Part shown: positions 51,291 to 61,245 of the stretch, piece by piece | Layout: the number at the start of each line of letters is the position of its first letter | How positions within the stretch are numbered: position 1 is the first letter of the stretch | Assembly (NCBI GenBank): GCA_963789265.1 | Contig: CAWBKB010000003.1 | Location: 928,001 to 992,000 of the forward strand | Direction: 5' to 3' | Source: an uncultured delta proteobacterium | GTDB lineage: Bacteria > Desulfobacterota > Desulfomonilia > Desulfomonilales > Desulfomonilaceae | DNA: 64,000 nucleotides | Made by a program: the position numbers and the translations under genes | Notes under the pieces: model-generated | The model's input: the letters and a program-made list of their open reading frames with translations, nothing else | The model's database searches: none | What the model was told of the DNA's origin: nothing

Positions 51291-52191
51291 CTATTGAGGG
51301 AGGTTCTTTTCCGCGTATTTCTTCAAAATCTCCAGGAAATGACCCAACGCAGGAGACAATGGCTCGTTTCGTCGAATCACGACATCGCTCTGGAAACCTA
51401 TGGTGCCTTCGAGAAGCAGAATGGGTTTTAGAACCCCACGGGACAGTTCTTCCTCGATCTCGTGCGACAATATGAACGAAATCCCCATCTTTCTCTCGAT
51501 GTACCCAAGTATTGAAACCGAGGCTTTCTGATTCGACCAGTAACGAAGGGGTCACGTCGAATCGTCGCAATAGCTGAAGGATCGCATTACGTGACCCTGA
51601 ACCCCGCTCCCTGAGAATCATGGCTTCTCCGTCAAGCGATTTTATGGGGACAGGATTGCCGGTCGCTAGAGGGTGGTCCGGTCGGGCAACCAGGACAAAC
51701 TCCGCCCGCGCAAACGGAACAGCCCTCAAGTCGGACCCGTACTCCGAACGGGCCACCACCACAAGGTCCTGCTTTCTGATCCGGACTCTATTGATTAGAT
51801 CGGCTGAGTTGCCTTCACTGAGATGCACGCAAATTCGAGGATATTTCTCCTGGAAACGCGCAATAAGATCGGGCATGACGATGCCCGCGTAAGCTTTTGT
51901 GATTCCTATTTTCAATACCTCAGAAGTGGCCTTTCGCGCTTTCTCGAGAAGTCCCTCGGCCTGTTCGATGCGCGAAAAAATACTTTTGCTCAGCAAAAAG
52001 AGCTGGTCCCCTGCTTCGGTAAGCACGTACTCGTGAGCCTGCCGGTAGAAAAGTTGCACGCCGCATTCAGCCTGAAAACTTCTAAGTTGCTGAGAGACCG
52101 CCGGCTGCGTCACATTTAGACACTCTGCGGCCCCGCTCATACTCATGAACCGGCAGAAGTAATGAAATGTTTCAAGATGCTTGAGATTCAT
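51291..52191 (-). CDS. LysR-family transcriptional regulator (+1 frameshift near 51512)
   Basis: MNLKHLETF..S.AAE.LNVTQPAVSQQ HTH; RERGSGSR; C-terminal GISFIL in the next frame. Confidence 0.9.
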
Positions 52192-52220
52192 GGTGGTCCG
52201 GCGAAAAGGGATCTTTTCAT

Positions 52221-52262
52221 ATTATACTATTAGGCAGCCTAATGCATCCATAACTTTTTATG
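52221..52262. promoter_or_regulatory. Divergent promoter region with candidate LysR boxes
   Basis: Minus-strand TATAAT at 52221-52226; dyad ATTAGG-CAG-CCTAAT (T-N11-A) at 52229-52243; CATAA-N4-TTATG at 52249-52262. Confidence 0.5.
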
Positions 52263-52453
52263 ACTTGACTGGCCTTAAAAAATCCCTGACAATTCGTAGT
52301 GATGAAAGCTCTTCCTGAAAGAAGACCTTTTCAGGACAACCTCAAGCTCCACGATCGCAAAGATTCTTTTCACAACCTGTAATTTCCTGAAGGTACATTC
52401 ATGACTTGCCATAACAACCCAGCCGTTGGCCGTACGGAAGCACGGGGGGTCAT

Positions 52454-53017
52454 TTGAAGAGAGTTGTTGTTGCTATTTCCGGCGCGAGCGGCGTCATTTA
52501 CGGCGTCCGGCTTCTGGAGGTTCTTAAGCAGCTTGACGGGATTGAGACTCACCTGATCCTTAGTCATGGAGCAAGCATTACAATGAAATTGGAAACATCC
52601 CTGGATCCTGAGCAGGTGCAGGCGTTGGCAGATAGATCGTATTCCCCCGACGATCTTGCAGCTCCTCTTTCCAGCGGATCGTTCCGTACAGAAGGGATGA
52701 TTGTGGCTCCGTGCTCCATGAAAAGCCTTTCAATGATCGCCTTGTCTCTCAACGATAATCTCCTCATCCGGGCAGCGGACGTGACATTGAAGGAGCGCAG
52801 GAAGCTTGTCCTTGTCCCGCGTGAGACACCCCTACATCTTGGCCACCTGCGGGCCATGATCGCGGTTACGGAGATGGGCGGAATAATCCTGCCGCCTGTT
52901 CCATCGTTTTATCACCGCCCCAGCACCATTGAAGACGTTGTGGACCAAACCATCGGCAAGGTGCTGGATCAATTCGGACTACCAAACAATCTCTTTAACC
53001 GCTGGGGCGGAGGATGA
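52454..53017 (+). CDS. ubiX: Flavin prenyltransferase UbiX
   Basis: ISGASG, SSGS, APCSMKSL, RAADVTLKERRKL..RETP, FYHRP. Confidence 0.96.
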   Translation: MKRVVVAISGASGVIYGVRLLEVLKQLDGIETHLILSHGASITMKLETSLDPEQVQALADRSYSPDDLAAPLSSGSFRTEGMIVAPCSMKSLSMIALSLNDNLLIRAADVTLKERRKLVLVPRETPLHLGHLRAMIAVTEMGGIILPPVPSFYHRPSTIEDVVDQTIGKVLDQFGLPNNLFNRWGGG

Positions 53018-53533
53018 CGAAGGAAGAGCTGGAAGGTGCTGTGATCGCTTACATGGACTCGTTCACTACGATGACGCTCGCGTGCAGTACCAGAAGATAA
53101 GCCTTGGACAGCGGCCGTTTATTACGCCCGGCAAGGTTTGGATTTGATCTTCTTCTCTTCTCCCACCTCCCGCCATTCAGAGATCTTTTCCCGGAATCCC
53201 CTGGCCGCAGCCGCCATACATGGAGACTATCGGGGATGGAAGGAGATCAAAGGGTTGCAGATGGAAGGACGCATCCACTCCGTGACCGGCCCAAAAGCAA
53301 AGGCCCGTGCTATTTCTACCTATGTGAAGCGACATCCTTTTGTTCGTGAATTTGTCTCCGATCCACTGTCTATTAGTTCGGAAATCGCAAGAAAAATGAC
53401 CAAAGTGAATCTCTACTTCTTCCGGCCTGACGCGATTTTGTACCTCAATAACGAGGCCGGCTTTGGAACTCGATGGAAGCTGGAAGTTGAAGGAGGGCGG
53501 GCCTCCGGTCTGGCTGGGGAACCTTTGCTCTGA
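53014..53533 (+). CDS. Pyridoxamine 5'-phosphate oxidase-like (FMN split-barrel) protein (+1 frameshift near 53092)
   Basis: ATGA overlap with ubiX; MTLACS..PW.AAVYY, FFSSP.SRHS, IKGLQMEG, N..GFG.R. Confidence 0.82.
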
Positions 53534-53634
53534 TTGAGTTCTCCATAGCCTCTTCCGACAACCTCCAATGTATTGGCGCTTTTCTGGACCTTCCTCAACT
53601 GAACGTCAACCAACAACAACCAGGAGGTGTAGAG

Positions 53635-55467
53635 ATGGCCGATGTGAAGTTCCCCAGCCCGCACGAGGCGGAAAGCATCCCGGGAACCGAGGGATGGGAA
53701 AGAATGTTCCCGTACCATTATCAGTTCAGCACCAGTGATCCGGAACGAAAGAAGTACGAAGAAAGCATGTTCTGGTTCTACGACGGGCTGCACTACCCGG
53801 AGCCGATGTATCCTTTTGACATCATGTGGGATGAAGCTTGGTTTCTTGCTCTGTCCCAGTACAACAGCCGCATCTTCATTGTTCCGCCGGCCATGGGGAT
53901 AGACCACAGAATCCATAACGGCTACATCTACATCACGCCTCTCCCGGTTGCCAATCCGGAGGATATCCCCAAGCGCGCGGAACTCTTCATGAAGCGCGCG
54001 GGTTATTACTATCAGAATTGGAAGGAACTCGAAAAAAGCTGGGAAGGCAAGATGCGCAAGGTGATCACGGAGCTCATCGAGATCGAGATCCCGTCCCTCC
54101 CTGAAATGGAAGATGAGTCGGTCGTTTTCAAGGGAATAGGCCAGTCTTCCGGGTACAAACTTCTCAATGCCTACGACAGGCTGATAGACCAGGGAATACT
54201 CTGTTGGCAATACCATTTCGAGTTCTTGAACCTGGGATACGCTGCGTACGTCTTTTTCATGGACTTTTGCCAGAAGGCGTTTCCCGACATCACGGCGCAA
54301 CAGATAACTCAAATGGTTAGCGGCATTGATGTCATGATGTTCAGGCCGGACGAAGAACTCAAAAAACTGGCCAAACTAGCGGTAGAACTGGGAGTAGACG
54401 ACATTCTCCTGAAGGGCAAAGACGGTTCAGTGCTGGAAGAATTGAAAGCCTCCGAAAACGGGGCAAAATGGCTGAAAGATTTGGATGCAGCTCGCGATCC
54501 GTGGTTCTATGTCTCTTCCGGCACTGGGTGGTATCACGATCATGTTTCATGGAACGACGATTTCGCCTTCCCGCTCTCTTTTATAAACATCTATGTCGAA
54601 AAACTCAGGGCTGGAAAAAGCATCGATCGTCCCAAGGAAGCAGTGGCCAAGAGGCGCGACCAGTTGACGCAAGGCTACAGAGATCTCCTCAAGACCGACG
54701 AGGACAGGACTACCTTCGATCAGATGTTGACTCAAGCAAGGACTGTTTTTCCTTATGTTGAAAACCATCTCTTTTACGTCGAGCATTGGTTCCACAGCAT
54801 CTTCTGGAACAAGGTCCGAGAAGTTGCAAAAATCCTGGTCGACGCCAAATTCATCCAGGACGTAGAGGATGTTTGGTACTTGACCCGAGCCGAGATCAAG
54901 GACGCTCTTTGGGATGTCGTGACCTCTTGGGCCACAGGCTCCAAACCCCGCGGGCCTCTGGTATGGCCTCAAGAAGTAGTTTGGAGAAAACAGTGCATGG
55001 AAAAATTTCGGGAATGGACTCCGCCTGCTGCTATGGGCACTGTCCCCGAAACTATCAATGAGCCTTTCACCATAATGCTCTGGGGTATCACCTCCGAGTC
55101 AATGGCAAATTGGGCGAAGCTCAAAGCTATAGGCGAGGGGGATGTCTCCAAGATCATCGGATTCCCCGGTTCACCCGGGACGGCTGAGGGTCCTGCGCGA
55201 GTATGCCGCAAGGTATCCGACATTACAGATCTGAAGGAAGGTGAAATCCTGGTCTCTACAACGACTTCGCCGAGTTGGGCACCTGCTTTCCAGAAGATCA
55301 GGGCCGCAGTGACCGACGTCGGCGGGGTCATGTGCCATGCTGCCATCGTGTGTCGGGAGTACGGCCTTCCCGCGGTGGTTGGGACAGGCTCGGCAACATC
55401 AAGGATCAAAACTGGCCAACGAATCAGGGTAGATGGTGTTTCCGGCGAAGTTGATATCCTCTCATGA
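53635..55467 (+). CDS. ppsA: Phenylphosphate synthase alpha subunit (PEP-utilising mobile domain, phospho-His)
   Basis: IPGTEGWERM.PYHYQF, FYDGLHYPEP, WQYHFEFLNLGYAAY, VENHLFYVEHWFHS, HAAIVCREYG closely match my recollection of Thauera PpsA. Confidence 0.9.
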   Translation: MADVKFPSPHEAESIPGTEGWERMFPYHYQFSTSDPERKKYEESMFWFYDGLHYPEPMYPFDIMWDEAWFLALSQYNSRIFIVPPAMGIDHRIHNGYIYITPLPVANPEDIPKRAELFMKRAGYYYQNWKELEKSWEGKMRKVITELIEIEIPSLPEMEDESVVFKGIGQSSGYKLLNAYDRLIDQGILCWQYHFEFLNLGYAAYVFFMDFCQKAFPDITAQQITQMVSGIDVMMFRPDEELKKLAKLAVELGVDDILLKGKDGSVLEELKASENGAKWLKDLDAARDPWFYVSSGTGWYHDHVSWNDDFAFPLSFINIYVEKLRAGKSIDRPKEAVAKRRDQLTQGYRDLLKTDEDRTTFDQMLTQARTVFPYVENHLFYVEHWFHSIFWNKVREVAKILVDAKFIQDVEDVWYLTRAEIKDALWDVVTSWATGSKPRGPLVWPQEVVWRKQCMEKFREWTPPAAMGTVPETINEPFTIMLWGITSESMANWAKLKAIGEGDVSKIIGFPGSPGTAEGPARVCRKVSDITDLKEGEILVSTTTSPSWAPAFQKIRAAVTDVGGVMCHAAIVCREYGLPAVVGTGSATSRIKTGQRIRVDGVSGEVDILS

Positions 55468-55491
55468 ACTGCCTTAGCGGAGGACTTAGCG

Positions 55492-56571
55492 ATGGAAAAC
55501 TCCGAGTACGTGCTCCCCTTCGAGGAATGTGACCTCACCATGGTCGCTAAAGTGGGCGGCAAGTGTGCTAGTTTGGGGGAGCTTTTGAAGGCGCGCATTC
55601 CCGTCCCACCTGGATTTGCCGTTACTACCGACGCTTATGAGCTTTTCCTCGAAGAAAACGGTCTGACTGAAGGAGTAATGGGTAAACTCAAGGACTTGGA
55701 TGAAAGCAGGCTCGATGAAATCAACCGGGCATCTTCTGAAATTCGAGCCCACATAGAAGCGGGGACGATCAACGAACCCCTGGAAGATATTATTGCGGAG
55801 CACTATCGCTCCCTGGCAAAACGTTCCAGGACCCCAGCAGTACCTGTCGCAGTCCGATCTTCCGCCACCGCCGAGGACCTCCCCGACGCGAGCTTTGCAG
55901 GCCAACAAGATACCTTCCTCTGGGTGCGAGGAGTGGACGACTTGTTCGACAAGATACGCAAGTGCTGGTCCAGTTTGTTCACTGCTCGCGCCATTTCTTA
56001 CAGGACGAAAATGGGATTCGACCATTCCAAAGTACTGCTGAGCGTAGCAGTCCAAAAGATGGTCCGGTCCTTTGCCGCAGGAGTCATGTTTACCCTCAAC
56101 CCGTCTACAGGTGACCGCTCGACGGTCGTGATCGACTCGAACTGGGGATACGGGGAGAGTGTAGTCTCCGGCGAAGTAACACCGGACCAATTTCAAGTCA
56201 ACAAGATCACTATGGAGGTTGTCAGGAAGACGGTCTCTGACAAGGCAATGTACTACACGACGGATCCGGAGACCGATGAGGTAAAGAAACTTGAGGTCGC
56301 GTCTGAGCAACGGACGTCTCAGAGTCTGCTGGACGCCGAGATTATTGAACTGGCCAAGATGGCCAAGTTGATTGAGAAACATTACGGCAAGCCCATGGAT
56401 ATTGAATGGGCCACTGAAAAATCCCTCCCTTACAAAGGGGAAGTATTCATTCTCCAGAGCCGCCCGGAAACTGTCTGGAGCCGGAAAGAGGTGAAGCCCG
56501 TAGTGGAGCCCCGAAAGAGCGCGCTTGAGCACATAGTCGCGGGACTCATTGCTGGAAAGAAGATCAGATAA
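55492..56571 (+). CDS. ppsB: Phenylphosphate synthase beta subunit (PEP synthase N-terminal ATP-binding domain)
   Basis: VGGKCASLGE, VAVRSSATAEDLPDASFAGQQDT, GESVVSG, DIEWA, LQSRPET; stand-alone domain next to ppsA. Confidence 0.9.
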   Translation: MENSEYVLPFEECDLTMVAKVGGKCASLGELLKARIPVPPGFAVTTDAYELFLEENGLTEGVMGKLKDLDESRLDEINRASSEIRAHIEAGTINEPLEDIIAEHYRSLAKRSRTPAVPVAVRSSATAEDLPDASFAGQQDTFLWVRGVDDLFDKIRKCWSSLFTARAISYRTKMGFDHSKVLLSVAVQKMVRSFAAGVMFTLNPSTGDRSTVVIDSNWGYGESVVSGEVTPDQFQVNKITMEVVRKTVSDKAMYYTTDPETDEVKKLEVASEQRTSQSLLDAEIIELAKMAKLIEKHYGKPMDIEWATEKSLPYKGEVFILQSRPETVWSRKEVKPVVEPRKSALEHIVAGLIAGKKIR

Positions 56572-56743
56572 CTCCAAATTGACAAGCCTGTAGGTGATGA
56601 TCGCCGCACCCGTGGACAGGGGTTGGGAATGCTGGACTATGACCACCGGGAGCTAGTGGCGAAGTGCGCCCTGAAAAGGGCAAAACAGGAACTCGCGGGC
56701 ATGACCGAGCGTTCGAAAACATCGATCCAAGGAGGATAGCAAC

Positions 56744-58186
56744 ATGAAGGAATTGAGGGACTTTATCAACCGGTGCGAACAAGAAGGGGAACTCCTTCGC
56801 ATCAAAACTGAGGTCGACTGGAACCTCGAGCTGAACCATGTCGCTAAAATCAGCGAGGAGCGCAAAGGCCCAGCGCTCCTGTTCGAGAACGTCAAAGGCT
56901 ATGACATTCCCGTTTTGACAAGTGCATTTACAACTACCAGGCGCTTCGCCATCGCTCTGGACATGCCGCTTGATTCTTCTATTTGCGACATGGCTCGTGA
57001 ATGGATGCAGCTCACGATAAAAAAGCCTGTTAGGGCCAAAATTGTGGACTCCGGCCCTGTCCGTGAAATGGAGATCAAGGGCAAGGACGTCGATATCCTG
57101 TCTTTACCGGTTCCCTTTTTCAACCCACTGGATGGCGGACGATTCATTGGTACCGCGGTTTACCTCGTGACTAAGGACAAGGAATCGGGATGGACCAATT
57201 GCGGAACCTATCGAATGCAGGTTCATGACCGGAATCACTGCGGTGTCCAGATCATCAAAGGTAAACACGCTGACTTCCACTTCAACCAGCATAAGAAAGA
57301 CGGTACAAAAATGCCGGCGGCCGCAGTCATCGGCGCGGACGCGGTTCACTTTCTTGTTTCATCGACTCTGGTATCAGCCCAAACGGATGAATTCGACATC
57401 ATCAGCACGCTTCGTCAAGAACCGTGTGAGATATTTGAGAGTGAGCTCACGGGGCTCAAACTGCCGGCCAACGCGGAGATTATTCTGGAGGGTTGGATCG
57501 ATCCGGCAGACATGCGAGAAGAGGGCCCCTTTGGCGAGTACACAGGCTATTATTCCGGTGCAAAGGGCGAAGAATGGCCGAAGCAGGTGCTCCATATCGA
57601 GCGCATACTAAGGCGCAAGAAACCTGTCTTCTGGGCAACCACAGTCGGCAAGCCGATCACGGACACTCACATGATCCAGTCTCTCAACCGGAGCGCTACT
57701 CTGTGGACGGATCTGGAGAACATGAAGATTCCGGGAATCAAATCCGTTTACTTTCTTCCGGAATCCACAGGCCGCTACTGGTGCGTTGTTTCCGTAGAGC
57801 AGAAATACCCTGGTCATTCCAATCAAGTAGGCAATGCCGTCATCGCAACGACTACGGGGCATTACGGAGTCAAGGGAGTAATCGTGGTAGGTGACGACGT
57901 GCCCGCGGACGATTGGGACAGAGTCATGTGGTCTCTTGCAGTTCGATTCGATCCGAAGCGTGATGCGCAGATTATTGATCGTGGGCGTTCCACCCCTCTG
58001 GACCCGGCTCTTCCCATCAACGCGCGCCATATAACTTCGAGAATCATTATGGACGCTTGCACTCCTTTTGAGTGGGAGAGAAAGCCGATCGAGATCTTTC
58101 TCGATGAAGACATGAAGAAGAAAGTCCTTGCCAGATGGAAAGAATACGGCTTTGAGGATTGGAGCGCAGCTATCTGCAAACCCTGA
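56744..58186 (+). CDS. ppcB: Phenylphosphate carboxylase beta-like subunit (UbiD family)
   Basis: EVDWNLE..HV.K..EE.KGPALLF, EGPFGEYTGYY, PESTGR.W, RGRSTPLDPAL, MDAC.P.EW match recalled PpcB features. Confidence 0.82.
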   Translation: MKELRDFINRCEQEGELLRIKTEVDWNLELNHVAKISEERKGPALLFENVKGYDIPVLTSAFTTTRRFAIALDMPLDSSICDMAREWMQLTIKKPVRAKIVDSGPVREMEIKGKDVDILSLPVPFFNPLDGGRFIGTAVYLVTKDKESGWTNCGTYRMQVHDRNHCGVQIIKGKHADFHFNQHKKDGTKMPAAAVIGADAVHFLVSSTLVSAQTDEFDIISTLRQEPCEIFESELTGLKLPANAEIILEGWIDPADMREEGPFGEYTGYYSGAKGEEWPKQVLHIERILRRKKPVFWATTVGKPITDTHMIQSLNRSATLWTDLENMKIPGIKSVYFLPESTGRYWCVVSVEQKYPGHSNQVGNAVIATTTGHYGVKGVIVVGDDVPADDWDRVMWSLAVRFDPKRDAQIIDRGRSTPLDPALPINARHITSRIIMDACTPFEWERKPIEIFLDEDMKKKVLARWKEYGFEDWSAAICKP

Positions 58187-58310
58187 GATAGTGGGCGCTC
58201 AGGAGATAAGCCGCCTAGGAACACAGTAAGTGTTTCGGCATAAACTCCTGAGCCTTTACCGCAGGACTTGCACAAGCTTAAACACATCGGCAAGGGAGGT
58301 GCACGGGCTG

Positions 58311-59971
58311 ATGAGACCCATACGCTATACCGATGACATGATAGACGAATTTCGATCTCAGGGATTGTGGACGGATGAAACGTTCGCTGATTATTGGCTG
58401 AAGAAACGCCCACGAACGCCCGGATAAAGAGGCTCTGGTAGATTCCACCACGCGAGTAACGTGGGCGGAGGCGGCTAAGCTCATGGATCGCTTCGCTCTG
58501 GCGTGGATACACATGGGGCTGGAAAGGGACGACAGAGTAATCCTGCAGGCCCCGAACTGCGCCTATGGATTCCTGTCCAGGATTGCGTGTGAGCGGGCCG
58601 GTCTGATCAATATCACGGTTATGCCTTATCTGCGTCAGAAAGAACTGACACATCTAATCAACAAGATAGATCCCAGGGCCATGATTATTCCCGGAATATA
58701 CAGGAAATTTAATTACCTCGAAATGGTAGAGGAACTCAAGCGAGAGTTCACCCGCTTGAAATACACGTTTCTTCTCGACGAATCCATTCCCGGCCCTTAT
58801 CCGGAAAACACCCACTCTTTGGTGAAGATCGCGCAGGAGCCGTGGGAAGAGAAGACTGACCCAACCGTCCTTAAGACGACAAGGTTTCATGCAACTGGCG
58901 ATGTGGGGGCTCTAACCAGTACCAGCGGAACGACCGGGGTACCCAAAATCGTCGAATGGCCTCTCGCACCGAGATTGATGACATCCAAATGTCGAGTGGA
59001 AATCTGGAAGCTTACAGGCGATGACGTGGCCCTCGCCGTCGCACCGTTTGCCGGTGGCGCGGCCGGAACCCTGACATATTTTGCAGCTCCTCTCGTTGGA
59101 GCGAAAATCGTACTGCTGGAAGAATTTACTCCCGCTGGTGCTCTGGAGATGATTGAGAAAGAGAAAGTGACCGCGATAGGGGTTGTTCCTACTCATGTCG
59201 TTCGAATGCTGGAGCAGGATCTTTCGAAATACGATCTTTCCTCTCTTAGGTTTATCCGATCCGCCGGCGGATACTTACCACCCAAGGTGGCCATGGAGGC
59301 TGAGGAGCGTCTGGGCGGACGTATAACGTCAGACCTTGGAACCCAGGACGTCGGCTCCGTCTCCGGCTGCTCCATAGACGATCCCGGTGATGTTCGGCGA
59401 CGAACCGTGGGCAAACCTTTGAAAGGTAACAAAATAAGGCTGCTCGATGAGCATGGCAAGGAAGTACCCGACGGAGAACCGGGCATCCTGTATTTGAGAG
59501 GACCTCACTCACCGGCGGGCTATTGGAGAGATCCGGTCGCCACCCGTGAAGTCTTCGATGACAACAACTGGACTACAACGGGCGACATCGTCACTCTCGA
59601 AGACGGCCGTATATGGATCATGGGCCGGCAGAAAGACATGATCATACGCGGCGGCCAGAACATTTATCCTGCGGAAATCGAAGGGTTGCTGAACGAGCAT
59701 CCCAAGGTTTCCGCAATCTCCATCGTGGCGATGCCCGACAAGGAATTCGGGGAGAGATGTTGCGCTTACGTAGTGCCCAAAGCAGGAGGGATGTTCAGCT
59801 TCGATGAAATGGTCTCATTCCTGAAGGAAAAGAAGTTGGCCATGTACAAATTGCCAGAAACGCCTCGAAATCATTGAGGCCATGCCTACTGTAGGCGACT
59901 CGGGCAAAATCGACAAGAAGATTCTGAAAAAGCGGATCGAGGAAAAAATAGCAGCCGAGGGGAAGGTCTGA
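58311..59971 (+). CDS. AMP-forming acyl/aryl-CoA ligase (+1 frameshifts near 58404 and 59860)
   Basis: TSTSGTTGVPK, TTGD, GRQKDMIIRGGQNI, YKLPE, GKIDK; TGATG overlap with the next gene. Confidence 0.88.
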
Positions 59972-61203
59972 TGGAACGGGTCATTCTCCTCATATCAACC
60001 CTTGACACGAAGGGACCCGAAACCCTCTACCTGCGGGACAAGATCCGTGAGAGAGGCCACAATCCGGTGGTGCTGGATGTCGGCATGTCCGACGAAGCAT
60101 CGGGCGCGGATATCTCTCCTGCAGACGTGGCGCAGGCGGGAGGCGCAAACATAGAAGAGATCAGGTCCTCCAGGGACCGAAAAACAATCACCCGGCAAAT
60201 GATCAATGGAGCGATTAAGCTTGCCCGCGACCTTCTGGATTCGGGTCGCTTGGCCGGCGTCATAGGACTCGGCGGCTCGACCGGCAGCCTGATGGCGACT
60301 GACGTGATGCGCTCTCTGCCTTTTGGTATCCCCAAGCTCATGGTCTCCTCTACTGCTGCACTGCCCGGGCTTGCCACACGGTACATCGGAACCGGAGATG
60401 TGGCTATCCTGCACACGGTGATTGAAATTTCGGGTCTTACCCCGCTGTTGGTGAACCTGCTCGACCGGGCCGCCGCGGCCATAGTGGGAATGTCGAGTGT
60501 TGCACCACTTAGAGTGGAATCTACCCGCGTAGGAGGCCGGCCTCTGGTGGCCATGTCAATGTTTGGGCTCACAGAAAAATGCGCAGAGCGCGTGCGCAAG
60601 GGACTGGAAGATGCGGGATACCAGGTGATCGGCTTTTCCGCAGCCGGAGTTTGTGATCGAGCGATGGAACAGATGCTCAGCCGACGCTTCTTCGACGCGG
60701 TTGTCGATCTAGCCCCCGGTGGGGTGGGTGAAGAGATTTTGGGAGGCATGAGAGCAGCGGGACCGGAGCGACTAACAGTGGCCGGGAGGCTCGGGATTCC
60801 TCAAGTCGTCGCCCCCGGAGGAGTAAACCTCACCAGCCCGCGGAAGTCTCATTATAAACCTGAGCATCATCAACGCAGGAAGTTCGATCTGGACGAGCTC
60901 CGAACATTTCTGCGGGTTTCCGACGACGAGATGGAGCGGATAGCCTACGTTTTTGCCGAAAAGCTCTGTCGCGCCACGGGCCCGGTGATACTCCTTTTCC
61001 CGGCAAAGGGGTGGTCGGCTGCGGATCCTCCCTCCGGCCACATGTTCGATGGAGAACAGGACCGAATATTCCTTAAGATATTGAAGGAAAGGACCGGTCC
61101 ACATCTTATAACACGGGAGGTTGATGCAAATTTGGAAGATGAGGCGTTCGCCGGCGAGGTGATCAAGGCGTGCCTTGAAGTGTTTCCCAAGCCGATTTCT
61201 TGA
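59971..61203 (+). CDS. Tm-1-like ATP-binding domain protein (UPF0261), copy 2
   Basis: STLDTKGPE, LGGSTGS, LPFGIPKLMVSS, SMFG.T, RAME, APGG. Confidence 0.86.
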   Translation: MERVILLISTLDTKGPETLYLRDKIRERGHNPVVLDVGMSDEASGADISPADVAQAGGANIEEIRSSRDRKTITRQMINGAIKLARDLLDSGRLAGVIGLGGSTGSLMATDVMRSLPFGIPKLMVSSTAALPGLATRYIGTGDVAILHTVIEISGLTPLLVNLLDRAAAAIVGMSSVAPLRVESTRVGGRPLVAMSMFGLTEKCAERVRKGLEDAGYQVIGFSAAGVCDRAMEQMLSRRFFDAVVDLAPGGVGEEILGGMRAAGPERLTVAGRLGIPQVVAPGGVNLTSPRKSHYKPEHHQRRKFDLDELRTFLRVSDDEMERIAYVFAEKLCRATGPVILLFPAKGWSAADPPSGHMFDGEQDRIFLKILKERTGPHLITREVDANLEDEAFAGEVIKACLEVFPKPIS

Positions 61204-61245
61204 CGAAAAGAGAACGGCCATAGACAACCAAGGAGGAAAGGCATC

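Noticed and set aside
53635..56571. Split or frameshifted PEP synthase (gluconeogenic ppsA)
   Set aside because: Domain order is reversed, each gene has its own SD, the pyruvate-binding barrel is absent, and the N-terminal region matches phenylphosphate synthase.
53413..56646. Long antisense ORFs (for example 53413-54312 and 55486-56646, also 48105-49103 and 21827-22684)
   Set aside because: Shadow frames opposite well-supported genes, with no recognisable motifs.
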